Shown here piece after piece: positions 20,823 to 30,259 of a stretch of 64,000 bases of DNA. The stretch is from an uncultured candidate division Zixibacteria bacterium (GTDB lineage: Bacteria; Zixibacteria; MSB-5A5; RBG-16-43-9). Numbering within the stretch: position 1 is the stretch's first letter; every line of letters starts with the position of its first letter. A model generated the notes under the pieces. The model had not been told where the DNA came from. It saw only the letters and a program-made list of their open reading frames with translations, and did not search any database. The DNA is taken from NCBI GenBank assembly GCA_963713865.1, contig OY970208.1:256001-320000 (forward strand), read 5' to 3'. A program made the translations under genes and the position numbers.

Positions 20823-21916
20823 TATTCTAAATATTTAAAATTCAGATTCAATCTAATTTTTTTAATTTGTAAATCAAGGCTAAATATGTTATTTACTTCA
20901 ATCCCAAGTGGAGTTAGATATAACTTATCATATTTACTATTAGTTTTTATTCTGTCAATTAACCCTAATTCTAAACAGAAGTTACACGTAAAATTAAGTA
21001 ATTCAAACATTGTTCTTTCTTTATAAGAAACTCCGAATAAGCTATTTACCAAATCTAATTTCTTTTGTTCAAAATCTTTAAAATTTGGTATCCATTCACC
21101 CCGAGTGACTTCAATAAATCTTAAAAACCAATAAATATTAACTTTATGAACTGTCCAAATTCCATTGGTTAATATTTTCAATAATAATCTTTTTTGCTCA
21201 TTTGTTAAATCAATTGAAGGAAGTCTTTTTGTAGTTAAATTAACGATCAAAGGATTGAAATTGCTAATATAATCCTTCCCGTTTTGAGTAATTGTATAAA
21301 AATCACCATCTGTTTCAATCATTTCAAAATCCAATGCTAATCTCAGATAACATTTGAAATTTGTCGTTTTAGGTGAGGTAAAATAATATGCTAATTTATC
21401 TACTGTTAACGCATCTTTTGAATAATCATAAAATGGTTTCATAATCTTGTTCAACCATCTTAAATAGCAAATAGTATAATTACTTGGCTTTGGTAAAGCT
21501 AAACCAAAACTTAAACTTAATCTTTCAACTGTTTTACTGTATAGATTTTTAACTTCATTAAGCGGATAAGACCTAATTAAAACATCATTTTCTTCCCCAT
21601 ATTCATCTAACAGTATTTGTAATTGTTTATCAGTTTCAGAAGCATATAAGATGCAATAATCGGTCTTAGCCCCAAAACTAATGTTTTTATAATTAAGAAC
21701 CTGATTGAAACAGTAATCTAATTTATTCTTGTTATCAAGGATAGTTTCTAGCTCTACAATAAGTTGATTCTTCTTAAAATCTTCTACTATAAAATCAATT
21801 CTTCCATAATCAGTCGTTATTTCTTGACCTCTTTTGGCTGCGATATCAAATTTCAAACATTTTCCAAGATAAACCAGATTATTTAGAAGTGTCCATTGTA
21901 CTAAAGATTCATTCAT
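20822..21916 (-). CDS. Putative restriction endonuclease: N-terminal NucS/PD-(D/E)xK-like domain plus two winged-helix domains
   Basis: NE..VQ, GRIDF...IVELE, QVLNY; wHTH-like ends YTITQNG and LELGLI...YLTPLG; follows a DNA methylase gene. Confidence 0.6.
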   Translation of the reverse strand: MNESLVQWTLLNNLVYLGKCLKFDIAAKRGQEITTDYGRIDFIVEDFKKNQLIVELETILDNKNKLDYCFNQVLNYKNISFGAKTDYCILYASETDKQLQILLDEYGEENDVLIRSYPLNEVKNLYSKTVERLSLSFGLALPKPSNYTICYLRWLNKIMKPFYDYSKDALTVDKLAYYFTSPKTTNFKCYLRLALDFEMIETDGDFYTITQNGKDYISNFNPLIVNLTTKRLPSIDLTNEQKRLLLKILTNGIWTVHKVNIYWFLRFIEVTRGEWIPNFKDFEQKKLDLVNSLFGVSYKERTMFELLNFTCNFCLELGLIDRIKTNSKYDKLYLTPLGIEVNNIFSLDLQIKKIRLNLNFKYLE

Positions 21917-21919
21917 ATT

Positions 21920-22621
21920 TTATTCACCTAATATTTTATACCGCTTCAATATAAAAGGTTGGGACGTTTTAATGAGACGCCTTGGTAACTCCTCTGGGAA
22001 CATGGCCAGATGTTTCTCTTGCTTTTCGCCTGGAAAGTTCCAGTGTCCAGTAAAATATTGATTCCATTCTTCCTGGGTTAATTTCGATTGCTTTTTTATC
22101 TCATGGCTTACTTTGAGAGGTATTCCATATTTTTTGAAAACTAAAATAAACTCGTAATCCAATTTAAGAATTCCACTCCTGGGATAAGGGAACGAACCCA
22201 TTACTGTTGCACCGCCAGTTGTATGACAGGTAGTAACTTTCTGCCAGATGACAGCCCCCATATAGTCAAAACCTGCACTTTCACAAAACTTGATTATCTC
22301 AGTTCTTATTGGAATAACTTTGTATCTTCCGTAATAGACTGAACGTGCAAATTGATCTCCAATATTGATGCATAAACGACAGCCATTATGCAATACTCTG
22401 CGGCACTCATTCCAAACCAGATTAAGATTATTGATATATTCTTCATAACTGTCATTGAAACCTATCTGCTTTCCATTCCCATAATCTTTTAATTGCCAGT
22501 AGGGCGGAGATGTGATAACAAGATGAATCGACTCATCTTGAACCTCCTTCATCCACCTTGAATCACCAATAATTATCTTATGATAAGTCTTCAAGTAATT
22601 ACCTCTACGATTTTCAAACAC
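21920..22621 (-). pseudogene. Beta-class N4/N6 DNA methyltransferase, truncated before the SAM-binding FxGxG motif (likely TTG start at 22594)
   Basis: GDSR, VITSPPYW, HLAMFPEELPRRLIK are present, then the frame ends after 15 unrelated residues with no VLDPFxGxGT. Confidence 0.75.
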
Positions 22622-22664
22622 TAAAATCTTTCATTTTTTTCTTTTTAATTAATATCTCTTATTC

Positions 22665-23279
22665 TCACCCCATATAAGCCCTCTCGATCCCCAGGATAAT
22701 CCTCAAGGACATTGCGGCGGCGCCCAAAGCTGCTCCGATTATAATCCCTCTCTGCACTGCTAAATTAGGATAAGCCATTATCCAGTCCGCATAACTTGGA
22801 AGTTTATCCCAGAGGTATTGTCCTAAGGGTATCCTTCCTAACATAACTATCACTGAAGTAAAAAGCAGGATAGTAGCTTCTCTGGTTCTGGCTCTGAAAG
22901 CCCGATAAGCCGCAGAAGCGATGAAAAAAGCCAGGATGGAAAACATGGTTGACATCATCGGCGACTGGATATTCTGAAAAAGCCAGTCAAATGGGGTTTT
23001 CTCCTGAATTCCCCACAGTAATCCGGATATGGACATACCAAAAACAAATAACACCAGGATCAGTTTCAACCACCAGTCCTTTCCCTTCTCTGAGATAATC
23101 TTAAGATTGACCTTAAGAATACTAACTATACCTAAAAGCAAACTGATCCCGCCCACAATCGTAACCCAGGTTAAAAGGTTCTGACTGAAATTCACAATTC
23201 CAGGGTTAGCGCTGAAAAAAGCTAAAATCATAATAAACCCGGATAGAAAAGCAATTACAACTGGAAGTTGAGTTTTCAT
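22665..23279 (-). CDS. Uncharacterised multi-pass membrane protein (four-gene cluster, gene 2)
   Basis: About six TM segments; FSILAFFIASAAYRAFRAR, RGIIIGAALG. Confidence 0.75.
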   Translation of the reverse strand: MKTQLPVVIAFLSGFIMILAFFSANPGIVNFSQNLLTWVTIVGGISLLLGIVSILKVNLKIISEKGKDWWLKLILVLFVFGMSISGLLWGIQEKTPFDWLFQNIQSPMMSTMFSILAFFIASAAYRAFRARTREATILLFTSVIVMLGRIPLGQYLWDKLPSYADWIMAYPNLAVQRGIIIGAALGAAAMSLRIILGIERAYMG

Positions 23280-23284
23280 AAGCT

Positions 23285-24157
23285 TTAGCGTTCTATGAAA
23301 AGTTTATAAAAAAATCCACCACCTAAATTGAAAGTTTCAAATAATGCTCCCAGGAGGATGCATATGACCAGAAAAACCTTCATCCAATCCTGCCCTTTAA
23401 GACTGCCTAACATCAAAGGCTCTTTTGAAAGATAAGAGCTTGCCGCAAAAAGCTCCTCACCCATCAGTGTATAATCACACGCTGTAATGAAAAAAGGTAA
23501 CTGGTCTGGATTAGCAGTTCCAGCTATTTGTATGGCTCCACTTGCCTGTCCTTCTTCGGCTAAGAGCAAAGACTCAGCAAAAAAAGCTCCCATATACACG
23601 ATGGTGGCTGGCTTATCCCGGTGCATAATCCCGTGAACCGCAGACACAAAAGCAAACTGCTCTCCAGCCACATATCTTACCATTTCAGGAGAATAGTCCT
23701 CCCCCTTACCCATATCCAAATAGGCTCCCTTGATCGACTCCTGCGCCGCAGCTAAAACTAAAGGGTACTGCACGGGAACAAAAAGTGGGGTATGGTATTG
23801 AGCAGTTATTTTAGCCACCTTGCTTAAGATCGAAAGTCCGGCTATGGTTTGAATGTCATCCAGCTCCTGTATGCCTGGAATAAAAATGACTGGACGTCCC
23901 ATCTCGGTTGCTCTTCCCACTCCCTCCTCCACTACTTCTAATCCAGTAATCTTGCGGACGAAGAATTCTTTCCCCTTTTTGGCATTTCGGATATATAAAA
24001 GGACAATTGTAGAAAAGACTAAAACTAAAATTAATATATTTATCCTGTCCATCCTGAGCCAGGAAATCTCTTCTGTGGGATTGGCTAAAGTAAATCCTGA
24101 AATAAAAAAGGAGAAAATCAGAATAAATAAAAAAAGGTGGACAGCTCTTTTTATCAT
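23285..24157 (-). CDS. DUF6754-like membrane-anchored protein (four-gene cluster, gene 1)
   Basis: GVGRATEMGRP, GAFFAESLLLAE, QLPFFITACDYTLMGEELFAAS.YL, GSLKGQD; family assignment recalled, not searched. Confidence 0.75.
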   Translation of the reverse strand: MIKRAVHLFLFILIFSFFISGFTLANPTEEISWLRMDRINILILVLVFSTIVLLYIRNAKKGKEFFVRKITGLEVVEEGVGRATEMGRPVIFIPGIQELDDIQTIAGLSILSKVAKITAQYHTPLFVPVQYPLVLAAAQESIKGAYLDMGKGEDYSPEMVRYVAGEQFAFVSAVHGIMHRDKPATIVYMGAFFAESLLLAEEGQASGAIQIAGTANPDQLPFFITACDYTLMGEELFAASSYLSKEPLMLGSLKGQDWMKVFLVICILLGALFETFNLGGGFFYKLFIER

Positions 24158-24170
24158 CTTTTTTAGTTTT

Positions 24171-25241
24171 TCAAGTGGTTAATTTGTTTTTGAGATAATC
24201 TATAACCTCAACCGGAGTAGGATCAATTCGATTGAGAATCGCCAGATAAAAGCTGGTAAAATCCCCTAATTGAATCAAAGAGAATATCCGGCACAGAAGA
24301 TCTTCACCTTCGCTTTTTATCTCTATCACCTTAACTTTCTCCTTCTCGATTATCTCCTTAACTATTTGCATCCTTCTTTGAATTCTGGGATGATCTTCTT
24401 TATCTTGTAATATAATCACAACTAACCTATCTCTTATATGTTCCAGGACTTTCCAGCCCACTAACTCATTATGGTTGAATTCCGGGAAATAATTATTAAA
24501 AGCCAGAATCTTGGAGTTCTCACACAACTGCCCTTTCCACCTGTATCCGACTGCATCGAAATAATCAGTAGAGGAGTAAATTATGGGAATTTTCTGAAAA
24601 AGATTTATAGCTAAGGTTTTAGCGGGATTTTCTCCACTTTTCCTTTCCAGCGAATACTCGTTCCTATTCTCCTCCAGGAATTTAGAAGTTTTTTCAAGCT
24701 CCTTAATCTTATCTGAGACCAGTCCTAAACGAGAAAGAGTCACCAGAATCGGGGTGAAAGAATAACCTAAAGCAGCACGGGGTGGTAAACCTTTTGGGAG
24801 CAGTATAAAGGGATAGTTAAAAGTTTTACATTCTTCCAAGAGCTTACCCCCTGAGGTGATAGCGATAATCTTGGCTTTTCTTCTTTTAGCCTCCTGGTAA
24901 GCTGAAAGGGTCTCTTCGGTATTACCTGAATAACTGGTAACGAAAATCAAACTTTTATCATTAACAAATTCTGGTAGATTATAATTTCTGCAGATCCAGA
25001 AGGGTATTTTGAGTTCTGAAGCCAGATATGATCTGGCTAAATCACCACCGATAGCAGAACCCCCCATTCCAGCCAGAGTTATGCTGCCCGGAGTAAAACT
25101 CTCCAGGTTTAAATCAGCTATAACCCCAAGCTGAGCCCCCGCTGTCAATTGAAGAGGAAAATCATAGATTAAATCATACATCCTTTTTTGATCGATCTTC
25201 TTTATATCCGCAAGATTGTCTAAATTTGGTCTGGTATTCAT
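24171..25241 (-). CDS. Bifunctional phosphoglucose/phosphomannose isomerase
   Basis: GMGGSAIGG, SYSGNTEET, PPRAAL, RWKGQLCENSK, PEFNHNE. Confidence 0.93.
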   Translation of the reverse strand: MNTRPNLDNLADIKKIDQKRMYDLIYDFPLQLTAGAQLGVIADLNLESFTPGSITLAGMGGSAIGGDLARSYLASELKIPFWICRNYNLPEFVNDKSLIFVTSYSGNTEETLSAYQEAKRRKAKIIAITSGGKLLEECKTFNYPFILLPKGLPPRAALGYSFTPILVTLSRLGLVSDKIKELEKTSKFLEENRNEYSLERKSGENPAKTLAINLFQKIPIIYSSTDYFDAVGYRWKGQLCENSKILAFNNYFPEFNHNELVGWKVLEHIRDRLVVIILQDKEDHPRIQRRMQIVKEIIEKEKVKVIEIKSEGEDLLCRIFSLIQLGDFTSFYLAILNRIDPTPVEVIDYLKNKLTT

Positions 25242-25244
25242 AAT

Positions 25245-27014
25245 TCAAACCTTTGTAGAGTTTTCCTGGTTAAACCTTCGCCGATAGTCTTCCTCTAAGA
25301 ATTTTTCAATCCGTTTGGAATCATTTAACTTCATCACCTCTTCAGCAAAATCCTTGGCTTCTCTGAATTCTATGGAGCGGATGATCTTCTTAATCTGGGG
25401 TATAGAAAGAGGTGATGCGGAAAGTTCATCTATCCCTAAACCTACCAGCAAAACTGTAGCCTTGGGATCGGCCGCTATCTCACCACATAACCCCACCCAG
25501 ATATTATTTTTATGACCGTCATCTATGGTCTTCTTTATCAATTTCAAAACCGAAGGATGAAAACTCTGATAAAGATGGGCAATTTTTTCGTTGGTTCGAT
25601 CAACCGCCAGGGTATACTGGATCAGATCATTAGTCCCGATGCTGAAGAAATCGCAGTGTTTGGCAAGGGAATCCGCCTCTAAGGCAGCAGAAGGGATCTC
25701 GATCATAATTCCAACTTTAAGATTTTCATCAAAACTAACCTCTTTAGCCTTTAATTCTTCTTTAACTTCCTCTAAAACTTTTTTTGCCTCTAGAAGCTCA
25801 TCTATTCCAGAAATCATCGGGAGCATAAGGCTAAGATTTCCTAATGGGCTGGCTTTCAGAATTGCCCGTAGCTGTGTTTTGAAAACGTCAGGTAGATCCA
25901 GGCAAGCCCGGATAGCTCTCCAGCCCAAAAATGGGTTTGCCTCATAATCTCTTTCCTGATCACGTGCGAACTTATCACCACCCATATCAAAAGTCCGAAT
26001 GATAACATTCTGAGGGTAAATCTTCTGTGCAATTGAAAAATAAGCTTGATACTGTTCTTCCTCATCCGGCAGATTAGAACTGGCTAAATATAGATATTCA
26101 GTTCTAAAAAGACCTATCCCTTTTGCTCCGTTTTCGAGTGCAGATTCCACATCTGACGGAAGTTCGATATTAGCCGAAAGCTCAATCTTTTTTTTATCCT
26201 TGGTCTCAGCCACAAGACCAGTCAGCTCTAAAAGGGTTCTACTCCTTTTAAGAAGCTTTTCCTTTTTAAACTCATAATTTTTCAAGGTTGACTGATCCGG
26301 AGAAAGGATCACTTCTCCTATATTCCCATCCAGAATCAAATTTTCACCAGATCTGACCGTAGAAAAAAGAGTTTTTAAACCCACCACAGCCGGGAAACCT
26401 AAAGATTTGGCTAAAAGCGCTACGTGAGAGGTTTTCCCACCTAAATCAGCAGTAAAACCCAGGACGCTTTCTCTCTTCATCTGAACCACGTCCCCGGGAG
26501 AAAGCGAATGAGCAACTATAACCCTCGGGGTCTTTAGAGGTTCTATGGTATGTTGTTTCAAGCCTAAAAGTCTGTTTATCACCCGGGTTGAAACCGCAGA
26601 AATGTCAGCAACTCTTTCTTTCAGGTATTCATATTTGGCTGAAGATATAACCTGGATAGTCTTTTGAATTACCCGATTATAAATAAACTCCGCATTTTTT
26701 TTCTCTTCTTTGATCTCATTGATAACCTGACGATTGATAACTTCATCCTCTAAGATCAGAAGATGAGCATCAAATATCTTCGCCTGATCCGCACCTAATT
26801 TTTTTACTATGTTCTTCTTTATCTTTACTATTTCCTTTTTAGCTTCCTGTAGGGAATTTTTGAATCGTAGAATCTCTTCTTGAACCTGGCCGGGAGGAAG
26901 CTTTTCCTCTTTAATCGTTATCTCTTCTCTATCTAAGAGATAGGCTTTGCCGATAGCAATACCCGGCGAAGCGGGTATGCCCTGCCAGACAATATTTTTT
27001 TTTGGTTTCTTCAT
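25245..27014 (-). CDS. ptsI: PTS enzyme I (PEP-protein phosphotransferase)
   Basis: GGKTSHVA phospho-His, GLFRTEYL, EANPFLGWRAIR, FSIGTNDLIQY, CGE. Confidence 0.97.
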   Translation of the reverse strand: MKKPKKNIVWQGIPASPGIAIGKAYLLDREEITIKEEKLPPGQVQEEILRFKNSLQEAKKEIVKIKKNIVKKLGADQAKIFDAHLLILEDEVINRQVINEIKEEKKNAEFIYNRVIQKTIQVISSAKYEYLKERVADISAVSTRVINRLLGLKQHTIEPLKTPRVIVAHSLSPGDVVQMKRESVLGFTADLGGKTSHVALLAKSLGFPAVVGLKTLFSTVRSGENLILDGNIGEVILSPDQSTLKNYEFKKEKLLKRSRTLLELTGLVAETKDKKKIELSANIELPSDVESALENGAKGIGLFRTEYLYLASSNLPDEEEQYQAYFSIAQKIYPQNVIIRTFDMGGDKFARDQERDYEANPFLGWRAIRACLDLPDVFKTQLRAILKASPLGNLSLMLPMISGIDELLEAKKVLEEVKEELKAKEVSFDENLKVGIMIEIPSAALEADSLAKHCDFFSIGTNDLIQYTLAVDRTNEKIAHLYQSFHPSVLKLIKKTIDDGHKNNIWVGLCGEIAADPKATVLLVGLGIDELSASPLSIPQIKKIIRSIEFREAKDFAEEVMKLNDSKRIEKFLEEDYRRRFNQENSTKV

Positions 27015-27038
27015 TTTTAATATTTATATTTAAATTAA

Positions 27039-27305
27039 CTATTCTTCCCCAAATTTCTCCTCGAAAAGCTTGGCGATCTCCTCCACTGCCGTTGATTCAT
27101 CTTCACCCCAGGCTTTGATAGTTATGAAGCTTCCCATCTCCGCCGCTAACATCATAACGCTCATAATGCTTTTAGCATTCACCTCATATTCGTCTTTTAC
27201 CAGCCGGATCTCAGATTTAAACTTGCCAGCTTTTTGCACCACCAAAGCCGCAGGACGGGCATGTAAGCCCAAACGGTTTACGATCTCAATTTTTTTCTCT
27301 GTCAA
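27039..27305 (-). CDS. ptsH: Phosphocarrier protein HPr (TTG start at 27305 preferred over ORF-track 27356)
   Basis: GLHARPA, VNAKSIMSVM; AAGGA RBS before the TTG. Confidence 0.95.
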   Translation of the reverse strand: MTEKKIEIVNRLGLHARPAALVVQKAGKFKSEIRLVKDEYEVNAKSIMSVMMLAAEMGSFITIKAWGEDESTAVEEIAKLFEEKFGEE

Positions 27306-27315
27306 CTTTATGTCC

Positions 27316-28410
27316 TTAAATCCGGATGAAGTTTTTCCCTGAAATTTGCCTGACAAACCCTTTTAATTCCAAACTCAACAAAAGCGAGAGAGTTTGTGGA
27401 GTTGAAAGTTCGCTTTCTTTAGCAAGTCGGTCGATATGAGCTGGTTCTGAAGAGAGAAGTTTATAGATTTTTTGTTCCTCATCCGAAAGGGTAGAACTTT
27501 TTTCCCTTTTTAACTCTTTTTCATCTTCACATAAAACCCCTTTAAGCTCCTCTAAGATATCTTCAGCTTTAGTAACCAGAACTGCTCCCTTCTTAATCAA
27601 CCAGTTGGTTCCCTCGCTCCCTTTGGAGCTGATATTTCCGGGAATAGCGAAGACCTCCCTCCCTTGATCCAGCGCCAATTGAGCAGTAAGAAGCGCCCCG
27701 CTTTTAATCCCTGCTTCGATGATGATCACTCCTAAGGAGAGGCCGCTTATCAGTCTGTTTCTCTTGGGGAAATTAGTACCCTCTGGTTGCGTGCCTAAAA
27801 GAAATTCTGAGATCAAAGCTCCGTTTCTCTCTATTTTATCTGCCAGTTTCTTATTCTCAGGTGGATAGATTATATCCAGACCAGAGCCGAAAACCCCGAT
27901 TGTTCTTCCGTTTGCTTCCAAGGAGTAATGATGAGAAAGAGAATCAATCCCTCGGGCAAAGCCGCTGATTATAGTAATCCTTTTCTCCGCCAACTCACTT
28001 GAAATTTTTTCTGCTATGAGTTTGCCGTAAGTAGAGGGAACCCTGGTCCCTACAATAGCTAAAGCCTTCTGATCACCTTTTTTTATCTCTCCTTTTAAGA
28101 AAAGATAAGGAGGAGGATCATAAATATTTTTTAAATTAGGAGGATATTCAGGAGATTTTATAGTGATAAATCTAATCCCATCTTTTCCTACCTTTAAACT
28201 TTGTTTCTCGGCTTCATCCCAGGAGTTGAAATTTTTGATATTCCGGGCAACTACCCTGCCTATATCTGGAATTTTTTCAAGCTCTTTCAAGCTGGCTGAA
28301 AAAACCTCCCGGGGTGAGCCAAAATAGTTTAAGAAAGAGATAAATCTCTTAGTCCCCACCTCCGGAACCAAAGACAATCCAATCCAATCTCTAATCTCAG
28401 AAATCTCCAT
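27316..28410 (-). CDS. dprA: DNA-processing protein DprA
   Basis: AIVGTR, SGFARGIDS..H, FPKRNRLISGLS, EAGIKSGAL.TA. Confidence 0.96.
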   Translation of the reverse strand: MEISEIRDWIGLSLVPEVGTKRFISFLNYFGSPREVFSASLKELEKIPDIGRVVARNIKNFNSWDEAEKQSLKVGKDGIRFITIKSPEYPPNLKNIYDPPPYLFLKGEIKKGDQKALAIVGTRVPSTYGKLIAEKISSELAEKRITIISGFARGIDSLSHHYSLEANGRTIGVFGSGLDIIYPPENKKLADKIERNGALISEFLLGTQPEGTNFPKRNRLISGLSLGVIIIEAGIKSGALLTAQLALDQGREVFAIPGNISSKGSEGTNWLIKKGAVLVTKAEDILEELKGVLCEDEKELKREKSSTLSDEEQKIYKLLSSEPAHIDRLAKESELSTPQTLSLLLSLELKGFVRQISGKNFIRI

Positions 28411-28462
28411 TCTCTATCTTCCTTTTTTCTTTCCTGCTACCTGCTTCCTGCTAAAAAGCTGA

Positions 28463-29479
28463 TCAGAGAGTTCCAATTTTAATCTCTCCTTTTTCCCTTA
28501 ACTTTACCTTTTCCAATTCCTGGTTTATACAATCTAAAAGCTTTTCTATCCCTTCTCCAGTTAGGGCTGAGAGCTTTACTAAGGGAAGACCTATCTCCAG
28601 TTTTAATCTTTTCTTATCTTTTTCAGTCAATAAATCTATTTTATTCAAAGCTAAGATCGCTGGTTTCTCTAAAAGCGATAAATCATAGAGCTTAAGCTCA
28701 TTTTTAAGGTTATCATACTCAGAGATCAGGTCAGAAGCTGTCACATCTAATAAAAATAGCAAAACTTTAGTTCTCTGAATATGTCTTAAAAAATCTAATC
28801 CTAATCCTTTTCCTTGATGTGCACCCTCTATTAGTCCGGGGATATCAGCTAAGATGAAGCTTTTATGATCTTTTAACCTTACTACCCCTAAATTAGGTTT
28901 AAGAGTAGTGAAAGGATAAGGGGCTATCTTTGGTCTGGCATCTGAAACCCTTGCTAAAAGCGTCGATTTGCCTGAATTGGGTGGTCCCACGATACCAACG
29001 TCAGCTAAAAGCTTCAGTTCTAGGATTATCTTTCTAACCTCTCCTTTCTCTCCTGGTTGAGCAAACCTGGGAGCTTGAAGAGTAGAGGATTTAAAATGAG
29101 TATTCCCCTTACCTCCTCTCCCTCCTTTAGCTATCACATAGAAATCAGTTACAGAGATAAGATCAGTTAGACTTTCTCTAGAAATTTTATCTTTTGCTAT
29201 TGTTCCGGGTGGAACTTTTACAACCAGGTCTTCTCCACCCTCACCGGTACGATTCTTACCTTTTCCGTGTTTACCCCTGCCAGCTTTATATGCTCTTCTA
29301 TAATGAAAATCCAGAAGGGTAGATAAGTCCTGCTCTACTTTAAGAATTACATCCCCTCCCTTTCCCCCATCCCCACCATCTGGACCTCCTTTGGGGATAT
29401 ATTTCTCTCTTCTGAAGCTGATACAACCCCTTCCCCCATCTCCTCCCCGAACTTCTATCTCTGCATAATCTACAAACAT
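28463..29479 (-). CDS. obgE: GTPase ObgE/CgtA
   Basis: Gly-rich Obg domain, GPPNSGKST, YPFTT, DIPG, NKID. Confidence 0.97.
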   Translation of the reverse strand: MFVDYAEIEVRGGDGGRGCISFRREKYIPKGGPDGGDGGKGGDVILKVEQDLSTLLDFHYRRAYKAGRGKHGKGKNRTGEGGEDLVVKVPPGTIAKDKISRESLTDLISVTDFYVIAKGGRGGKGNTHFKSSTLQAPRFAQPGEKGEVRKIILELKLLADVGIVGPPNSGKSTLLARVSDARPKIAPYPFTTLKPNLGVVRLKDHKSFILADIPGLIEGAHQGKGLGLDFLRHIQRTKVLLFLLDVTASDLISEYDNLKNELKLYDLSLLEKPAILALNKIDLLTEKDKKRLKLEIGLPLVKLSALTGEGIEKLLDCINQELEKVKLREKGEIKIGTL

Positions 29480-29482
29480 AAA

Positions 29483-30253
29483 TTAGCTACTTTTTGCCTC
29501 AATCATCTGGATCAAAATTTCTCTTAAGCTGCTTTTTTCAATATCTTTCCTTAAGCTCCCGTTAGAAGCTATAGATATCTCTCCGGTCTCTTCAGAAATG
29601 ATTAGAGCCAAAGCATCCGACTCCTCAGTTACCCCGATCCCAGCCTTATGCCTCATCCCGTATAGCTCCGCATATTCCCTTTTCTGGGTCAAAGGAAGAG
29701 TGCAGGCAGCTGCGACCACTGTTTCTCCCCTAATGATAACTGCTCCATCGTGTAAAGGTGTATAAGGGGTAAATAGGGTCAAGAGCAATTCACCAGTAAG
29801 CTGGGCATTCAAAGGTTTTCCCGTCTCGATGAAATTCTTTAGACCTATCTCCCTTTCTATAACGATCAAAGCCCCATACCTGAGTTCCGAGAGTTTTATC
29901 AACCCTTTTACCAGTTCATCTAAAATCTTTTGTTTCTCATAACGTATAAAAAGTCTGAAAAGCTTATTATGCCCGAACTGAGCTAAAGCCTTTCTTACTT
30001 CTGGCTGGAACACAACTACCAAAACTATTACTCCTACAGTAGCTATATTGGTTATCAACCATTTCAAACCTTCTAATTGAAACCAGAAAGCTACAAAGGA
30101 GAAAAGGATCAAAACAAAAACCCCGAAGAGTATCTGGATAGACCTGGTCCCTTTAACCAGGACTAAAAAACGGTAAAACAGGAAAGCCACAATCGCTACA
30201 TCGATTAAATCTATGATCCCGAATTTCAAGAATCCTATATGGAACAGAATCAT
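29483..30253 (-). CDS. cdaA: Diadenylate cyclase CdaA
   Basis: Three N-terminal TMs, FQPEVR, LHDGA, GMRHKAG, SEETG. Confidence 0.93.
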   Translation of the reverse strand: MILFHIGFLKFGIIDLIDVAIVAFLFYRFLVLVKGTRSIQILFGVFVLILFSFVAFWFQLEGLKWLITNIATVGVIVLVVVFQPEVRKALAQFGHNKLFRLFIRYEKQKILDELVKGLIKLSELRYGALIVIEREIGLKNFIETGKPLNAQLTGELLLTLFTPYTPLHDGAVIIRGETVVAAACTLPLTQKREYAELYGMRHKAGIGVTEESDALALIISEETGEISIASNGSLRKDIEKSSLREILIQMIEAKSS

Positions 30254-30259
30254 CTTTAT

